Below the pieces are notes generated by a model that was not told where the DNA came from, did no database searches, and saw nothing but the letters and a program-made list of their open reading frames with translations. Position numbers and translations under genes: made by a program. Shown here one piece after another: positions 36,516 to 43,386 of a DNA stretch of 43,386 bases (position 1 is the stretch's first letter; every line of letters starts with the position of its first letter). This DNA comes from Nemertoderma westbladi (lineage: Eukaryota > Animalia > Xenacoelomorpha). The stretch covers positions 1-43,386 of the forward strand of contig JAUCBJ010007643.1 of NCBI GenBank assembly GCA_032718475.1, in the 5' to 3' direction.

Positions 36516-37619
36516 GTTAGTAGAATAAATAACACAGGATGACAAACCCAGGCATTAAATGCTCTAATTGGATTATATGAGGTAATCCTCCCCCCCCCCC
36601 CCCCCCCCCCCTATGCAATTTAATAATTTGGCATTATGGCAATTTTATAATGAATTGAAATAATGGATAGTACTTACAAATTTGTGGAAATTATTCGCAG
36701 GGAAAAAATAATTAAAATTAAATACGTAGAATCTTTCATTACAAATAATTTAATCCTTTATAAAAAAAATGTATAGAATAATAAGAATAAATATTTCAAC
36801 CACCACCTATCAATGGTCACCATATCAATATCGCAGGGTTTTGGCCAAAGCCCAGCATCATACTGCATGTACTACAGAATCGATTTGACAGCTCTGCCAT
36901 CGTAGATCAGATTTTGTTCTTTGGAAGACGGCAGGTTAGAGGCAACATGGTGGAGAGCCATTCCTGAAACGTTCGCTAAATGATACTGGTGTTGTGGACC
37001 CAGATGAATTCGGGAGTTATATGGCTCAACCCGTCAGAATTATTATAACAAACACAAAACCTTTTAGTTTGACATTTTACTTGTACTTTTCATCCTGGGG
37101 GACCAAAATTACACCAAAAATGATGGTCGCATTGCCAGAAAATATTTTTAATAAGTTTTTTCGTGTTCAGCTACCTCGAAATCCCTTATACCATCAAAAT
37201 TGAAATCAAGATCTAAAAAATTTCTAAAATGAAGCCCTCCATCACGGTCCAATTAAATAGTAAAGAAGCACGGGCGAGATAGGGTTAACTCCCTAAATGC
37301 GACAAGGCAAGATGATAGCAATGACATCCTAGCTTCGGATTAATGCAGAGGGATTCGAAGCTCGGTTGAAAGATACCAACTGCTGCCTCGTTCTTCTGCA
37401 TCTGGTAGACTGCGAAATTCTTGATTACTTTAGGACCCCAGATAGTTTGACATTAAGGTCTGCGAATTTAGGGGAAATTTATTTCCAGACAAGGAAGCAT
37501 CTGTAACAACTCATGTCCCATGTATGGATGCGTCATGTGCCACACCCTTTGCAATAGTACATCTATCTGACTAACTCTGCATTGACGTCCTACGAGGAGA
37601 ACAATGTCCCTCATCAACG

Positions 37620-37815
37620 TTATTTAGGTGTGTCCCAAACACAGGAGCAATGCAGAAGCACAGCATCCGCACTTAGATATCCCGGTATTGGTGGTAGTCT
37701 GCGTATGGGAGCCAACCCTACGAGTTTCGCAACTTTACCTACCCAGCTATTGGCATTATTTATCACATCTTCTATCTGGTTCTTTAAGTTTCCTTTATCT
37801 AAAAAACAATAAATC
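37620..37815 (-). mobile_element. Possible degraded LINE RT C-terminal fragment
   Basis: FLDKGNLKNQIEDVINNANSW...LLHCSCVWD resembles the region following the RT core in non-LTR elements; weak. Confidence 0.4.
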
Positions 37816-38378
37816 GGTATAGTCAAGAACCATTTTGACCCATCTGTACCAAACATCACTAAGATCTCAGCTTCAAGCTCAGGTAATATCATGGTGTAAT
37901 ATTTGGATGCCTCTGGGATCCAGAGAGGGGAGAGGGGGGTTCGATGCAATCAAAATGAAGCCACCCCGAGGGGAAAATCAACAAAAATAACCACTGATTA
38001 CTCCTAAAAATTAAACTATAGCCTGTTCTATTGACATTAGTCTATTGTTTTGGTTGGAATAACATGCCGCCACTATAACCTGATCCTTTATTTACCATTG
38101 ATAAGATATATGAATTCGCCGACAGGGGATTTGCATGAAGAATATCTCGCCCCTGTATTCTGTGATGTAGCTGATTTTGGGGCCTTTTGGTGACAAAGCT
38201 CGGACCACCAGCACCACTCTATGCAGGGTGACAGTCCAAAATAGTACAAGCCGCCAAAATAAGATATCGAAATAATAAAAAAAAAATACCATTATGTTTT
38301 ACTCCATTTTTTGGAAAATATTTAATATACTTTCTTTTAGAATATCGTCGGACTTCTCTGATGGGTGAGTAGTAGGGT

Positions 38379-38673
38379 CTTGGGCGGCTCTGTGACAGTT
38401 AGACCTCACTGACACCCATTGGGTGTCATATGACACCCAATTATCACCCCATGGGTGTCATTGGGTGTCATTGGCGCCAGACTGTCTGGGTGACACCTCC
38501 CAATTAGGCTAATTAGACCTAATTGACAGGTGTCATCAATTAATTAGTACAATTAAACCCTAACAGGCTACTCATTTAGGGTTTAATTGATTATCCTAAT
38601 TAATCAGACTGATTAGCGCCCTGACACACAATGGGTCATCAGTGATGTCTAACTGTCACAGAGCCGGCTCAAG
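38379..38673. mobile_element. MITE with terminal inverted repeats and internal TGACACCCA/TGGGTGTCA repeats
   Basis: CGGCTCTGTGACAGTTAGAC ... GTCTAACTGTCACAGAGCCG. Confidence 0.8.
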
Positions 38674-38719
38674 AGGGTGTCATAAGTGACACCGCGGCTC
38701 TTTTATTTATTAATACCTA

Positions 38720-39545
38720 TTTATTTATATTTAATTTTAATTAATTATTTGTATTTTATTTTACTTTATTCGTATTTAATTTTAAATTAATTATTCATTT
38801 GTACTTTATTTTAAATTAATTAATTGTATATATTACTTTTACTTTATACATTGATTTCTATTTTTAGATTAATTAGTTTTTATATTACCAATGAGATCAC
38901 TATGACATAATATCTATTTTTAACTTTATAATGGCTATGGTATACGGCTCCCTACTGGCAACTATCAACTGCGTTCATCGGCGGGGGGCCCCTCCTCTGT
39001 CCTCATTATTCATTTGTACTTTATTTTATATTAATTATTCATTTGTACTTTATGGGTATACAGCTCCCTTACTGGTAACTAATTACTCTTATCTATATCC
39101 AGACAGCTTTTTCGTTGACCTTTGACCTTTGACCCCTCAATTAGCTTTAACCAAGCAACAGCATATTAATGATAGTTGTATCCAAGCGCCCCTGCCCCCA
39201 CCCCGTGACAGCTCTGATTACTAATTACTCGTACATATATCCAACCGCCTGCAGTTCCATAGTCTGCCGCTAGAGGGCGTATTATCTGAAAATTAACATC
39301 TTCTCTAACTTTGTTATTTTCAATTTAACTATTTATTTATATTTAATTTTAATTAATTAATTAGTACTTTATTTTACTTTATTTATTCATTTGTAGTTTA
39401 TTTTAAATTAATTAATTGTATTCTATTTTACTTTATTTATTCATTTGTACTTTATTTTAAATTAATTAATTGTATTACTTTTATTTTATATATTGATTTC
39501 TATTTTTAGATTAATTAGTTTTTATATTACTTACCGCTACTAAAT
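38720..39545. repeat. AT-rich local duplication (~38720-38895 and ~39330-39545)
   Basis: Shared TTGATTTCTATTTTTAGATTAATTAGTTTTTATATTAC...AATGAGATCA; GGTATAC(A/G)GCTCCC..ACTGG recurs at ~38939, 39055 and 39600. Confidence 0.8.
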
Positions 39546-40394
39546 GAGATCATTATTGGAAGCATCTAACCATAGACTTGCAGCCTTATTTAGCCATAGG
39601 GTATACAGCTCCCCTACTGGTAACTATTTTGGAGTTAATGTTAGCAAAGGGCCTAAACTTAAGACAAGCTATCGCCTAGGTTACCAGTTACGCATGAATG
39701 AGCAATTTATCGGGGGCCCCTCTTAAAATTCTTTGTGCTGCGTCAGGATTGCCTCATTTAAGGAAGCCGCATCCCTATCGATAATCTAATTATGGTATCG
39801 CTAACCATTTTCAGTATACTGTATAATTAAATAGGGCCCTCTTTTAATACATAAGTTTTATATATATACAGTTTATCTTCAATTTAATTTGTTTTTATTT
39901 ACAACCCTATGTTCTACTGTAATTTATGTTTTATAATAACAAGCTATATCCGGTTAATCCGTATTAATTTTCTTTGTACTGAGGTTATCGAGGGCGCTCT
40001 TTCCAATGGTCCTATTCTCAAAACGATCTAACCTACTGTATAATTAATTACTTAAGACTGCGAGGTATGCGTAATTAACACATCTCATTTACCAGTTTTC
40101 CTTAAAAACTATGAAGTTATATTGCTTAAGAGTTCTAAGGGGCGAGCCATGAGGCAAGATGTTTGAGACTTATTTAGATATATTATTACTTAATTTGACC
40201 CCCCAATCGGCATCTACTATGGCATAGGCTATATCTTTTGCAGAGTCACAGAGTAGTATGAAGTTCCCCAGTCTGCCGCTAGAGGGCTTAATGTCTCAAA
40301 GTGAAAACCATACGGTAGCCATGAATTGGTTACTAGGCAATAATACTGCATTTTGCAACGTTAGACCTATTGCTGACCGAACGAAAACTGCCCT

Positions 40395-40464
40395 GGTTCA
40401 TGCAGGGGTCGAACCCATGACATACGAGAGATGTGAATTCTACGCAACCACTACACCAAGGTGG
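40395..40464 (-). other. tRNA-derived (SINE-head or pseudo-tRNA) Pol III promoter
   Basis: A box TGGTGTAGTGG (40458-40448) and B box GGTTCGACCCC (40415-40405); no intact cloverleaf. Confidence 0.55.
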
Positions 40465-40530
40465 AACAGTAACCTTCGAATTTGTTCGTTGACGTTCGAA
40501 TTTGTAAGACTCTCATTTAAGACTTGACAC

Positions 40531-41254
40531 AGACTATGCCTCACCGAGGCATAGACTATGACTCACTGAGGCATAGACTATGCCTCATTGAGGCACTGAG
40601 GCATAGACTATGCCTCACTGAGGCACTGAGGCATAGACTATGCCTCACTGAGGCATAGACTATGCCTCACTGAGGCATAGACTATGCCTCACTGAGGCAT
40701 AGACTAGGCCTCACTGAGGCATAGACTAGGTCTCACTGAGGCACTGAGGCATAGACTATGACTCACTGAGGCATAGACTATGACTCACTGAGGCATAGAC
40801 TATGCCTCACTGAGGCATAGACTATGCCTCACTGCCTCACTGAGGCACTGAGGCATAGACTATGACTCACTGAGGCATAGACTATGCCTCACTGAGGCAT
40901 AGACTAGGCCTCACTGAGGCATAGACTAGGCCTCACTGAGGCACTGAGGCATAGACTATGCCTCACTGAGGCACTGAGGCATAGACTATGCCTCACTGGG
41001 GCACTGAGGCATAGACTATGACTCATTGAGGCATAGACTATGCCTCACTGGGGCATAGACTATGCCTCACTGAGGCATAGACTATGCCTCACTGAGGCAC
41101 TGAGGCATAGACTATGACTCACTGAGGCATAGAATATGCCTCACTGAGGCATAGAATATGCCTCACTGAGGCATAGAATATGCCTCACTGAGGCATAGAC
41201 TATGCCTCACTGAGGCATAGACTATGCCTCACTGAGGCATAGACTATGCCTCAC
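40531..41254. repeat. 22-bp palindromic satellite (~30 units)
   Basis: Unit GAGGCATAG-A-CTATGCCTC-ACT, with occasional extra GAGGCACT. Confidence 0.98.
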
Positions 41255-41654
41255 CATGGATGGGCTTTACCACTGTACTCGCATCTGCTGTCTCATTGGC
41301 TGCTCGATGCCTCAGATTAAGGGTCTAAGACCTTCAAGCTGGTCATTTGCTTAGTTTTATAATTAGAAGGTCGTGAGTTCGAACCCTAGAAGAGCATTTT
41401 TCTTTTTCCTAGCTCTTGGTTAACTCTAGTATACACTCTAGCTTTGACTCTCCCGCCGGCTATAGTTATAGTATGCAACCTTGGGAGTTAATGTGAGTAA
41501 AGACCAAGAGATTAGACTTCAGGCTCCCTCTATTGGTTCATTCTTCTTAACTTTATATAATAACTCAACCCGTATTTAAAGTTTTGAAAATTATGACTTA
41601 GTCGACTAATTTTCCAAAGTATATTATAAAAACATATAATTTCTTGAATAAATA

Positions 41655-41805
41655 GACCTAATAGTAATAAATATTGTGGGGTAAATACATTTATAATACT
41701 AATATAATTATTATGGATAAATAGTCCTAATACTATTATAATTGTTATGGATAAATAGTCCTAATACTAATATAATTGTTTTGGATAAATAGCCCTAACA
41801 CTATT
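41655..41805. repeat. 34-bp AT-rich tandem repeat downstream of the zinc-finger ORF
   Basis: GGATAAATAG(T/C)CCTAA(T/C)ACTA at ~41715, 41749 and 41783. Confidence 0.85.
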
Positions 41806-41831
41806 ATGAAAGGAACTCAAACAAACAAATG

Positions 41832-42884
41832 TCAATAGCGTCGTCCTGCGCGGGCATTTACTGAACGAGAGTTTTTTATCATAGGTCTTCGAAAATTAGT
41901 AAAAGCTGGTTGATTTACTTTACTTTCATCTTCCTCGTTACCCAACTGTTTCTTAATTTTATTCAATTGTTCATTAATTTTCAGTAATTTACTTTTATTT
42001 CCCAGAACCTGTCTTAATATCTCTTCTCTATTTTCCTCATTTTCTTCCATTTGTTTAATAAATTTCCGCATTTGATTTTTGTTTCCTAATATTTGTCTCA
42101 ATATCTCTTCTTTATTTTCATCATTCTCTTCTAAATGTTTAATAAATTTCTGTAATTTAATTTTACTTCCTAGAACTTGGGTCAATGTCGCCTCTTTATT
42201 TTCTTCATTTTCCTTCAAATGTTTAATAATTTTCCGCAATTGATTCTTATTTCCAAGTAATTGCCTCTTTATTTCCTCATTATCATCATTTTCATCCTCT
42301 TCTCCACTTTCCTGATCTTCACTTTCTTCACCCTCTTTCTGACCTTCACTTTCTTCATCCTCTTCCCCGCCTTCACTTTCTTCATCGTCTTCCTGTTCTT
42401 CACTTTCTTCATCCTCTTCCTGTTCTTCACTTTCTTCATTCTCTTCCTGACCTTCGCTATCTTCACCCTCTTCTTGACCTTCACTTTCTTCATCATCATC
42501 CTGATCTTCACTTTCTTCGTTCTCAACCTCACTCTCTTCAACTTCATCCTGACCCTCACTATTTTCATTCTCCATCTCATCATCCTCTTCTTCTCCATCT
42601 TTCTCACTCAAATTTTCCTCATTTTCTAGGGGTAACTGTTTTTGTATCCCTTTCAAAATATTCATAACTTTATGAAATTTACTTTCCATTGTCTGTTTTA
42701 TATTTAATATATCACGCTCATCTCTCTTTTTCTTTTCATCTTCACTAAAAATATCTTCGGATTTTTTAAATTTTTTTGGTAATGGAGCCATTAGTTTTTC
42801 CTTTCCATGTGTTTCCATATGACGAGATAAATTGTCTTGTCTCATTTCTTTATTACAGACCAAACAAGTTTCATGTCTATGCAT
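41832..42884 (-). CDS. 350-aa protein: single N-terminal C2H2 zinc finger, basic patch, acidic 9-aa repeats, four 28-aa helical repeats
   Basis: Intact ATG-to-stop frame; CLVC-x12-HMETH; PKKFKK; EESEGQEE-type repeats; NKEEILRQILGNKNQMRKFIKQMEENEE-type units. Confidence 0.8.
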   Translation of the reverse strand: MHRHETCLVCNKEMRQDNLSRHMETHGKEKLMAPLPKKFKKSEDIFSEDEKKKRDERDILNIKQTMESKFHKVMNILKGIQKQLPLENEENLSEKDGEEEDDEMENENSEGQDEVEESEVENEESEDQDDDEESEGQEEGEDSEGQEENEESEEQEEDEESEEQEDDEESEGGEEDEESEGQKEGEESEDQESGEEDENDDNEEIKRQLLGNKNQLRKIIKHLKENEENKEATLTQVLGSKIKLQKFIKHLEENDENKEEILRQILGNKNQMRKFIKQMEENEENREEILRQVLGNKSKLLKINEQLNKIKKQLGNEEDESKVNQPAFTNFRRPMIKNSRSVNARAGRRY

Positions 42885-42996
42885 TATATAGCAATGTCAA
42901 TTGAAAATATTGAATTTTAGCTAAATGATTTTACAAAATTTTAAATAAATTAAACTTTTATGAAAATAAATAAAACTTTTTAATATAAAACTTAGA

Positions 42997-43125
42997 GAAT
43001 GACTGGGAATGCGTTGAACGGGGGTTATTATAGAGGGAGGCTAGAATGGATTATCCAATCAGAGTGCGAGGGTGAGTTAGGCAGCCAATCAGGACTCGAG
43101 GGAGGAAAGTTAAACAGCCAATGAG
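42997..43125 (-). promoter_or_regulatory. Putative promoter of the zinc-finger ORF
   Basis: CCAAT boxes at 43055, 43085, 43118; minus-strand TATAATAA from 43032; TCATTC initiator with A at 43000. Confidence 0.65.
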
Positions 43126-43341
43126 AGAGCAGATGCGAGTACAGGGGTAAAGTGCCCGCCCATCCATGGTGAGATAACGTCACACTAACTCTCAAGGATA
43201 GTTATACTCACCATTCAAATATCCCTCGCAAACCAGATTCCCCCCAGCATCTAACGTATTCCACTTCAATGCAAAATATATAGAGCTTTAGTTGGATTTG
43301 AACCTGTGCTTGTAAACTTTTTTGTGCTCGTATATTGAAGT

Positions 43342-43386
43342 GAGGCATAGACTATGCCTCACTGAGGCATAGTCTATGCCTCAGTG
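43342..43386. repeat. Second stretch of the 22-bp palindromic satellite, cut by the window edge
   Basis: One forward unit, then GAGGCATAGTCTATGCCTCAGTG, the reverse-orientation unit. Confidence 0.9.

Noticed and set aside
36994-37203. NPLY as the GPCR TM7 exon
   Set aside because: It is not NPxxY, has no preceding hydrophobic helix, and the nearby acceptor gives the wrong phase.
40395-40464. Functional tRNA gene
   Set aside because: A and B boxes are present, but the acceptor and anticodon stems do not pair.
42261-42629. Phe-rich and Lys/Arg-rich ORFs overlapping the zinc-finger gene (similarly 19408-19719 in gag)
   Set aside because: Shadow frames of low-complexity coding repeats.

Overview
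AT-rich eukaryotic (animal-like) genomic DNA. The + strand carries five exons of a class A (rhodopsin-like) GPCR gene covering TM1-TM6; a TM7 exon was not found in the window. Its 22.8-kb first intron holds a complete 16.0-kb BEL/Pao LTR retrotransposon on the - strand (8198-24219, GTATC target-site duplication, LTRs ~1.5% diverged, gag-pol disabled). The element has three unusual traits. (1) It has no tRNA-type primer-binding site; the 21 nt after the 5' LTR are instead complementary (19/21 pairs) to a segment inside its own LTR, suggesting self-priming. (2) The LTR end folds into a multi-arm RNA structure that covaries with a related LTR at the start of the window. (3) A ~500-codon extra ORF of unknown function, not env-like, lies between pol and the 3' LTR. 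The rest is a mosaic of RTE LINEs with (TAG)n tails, a degraded CRE-like retrotransposon, foldback/MITE and Helitron-like elements, and a 45-bp minisatellite that amplifies a GPCR splice donor. At the right end, an intact zinc-finger/acidic/28-aa-repeat ORF with its own CCAAT-TATA-Inr promoter sits between palindromic 22-bp satellite sequences. All calls are from manual reading; no searches were run.
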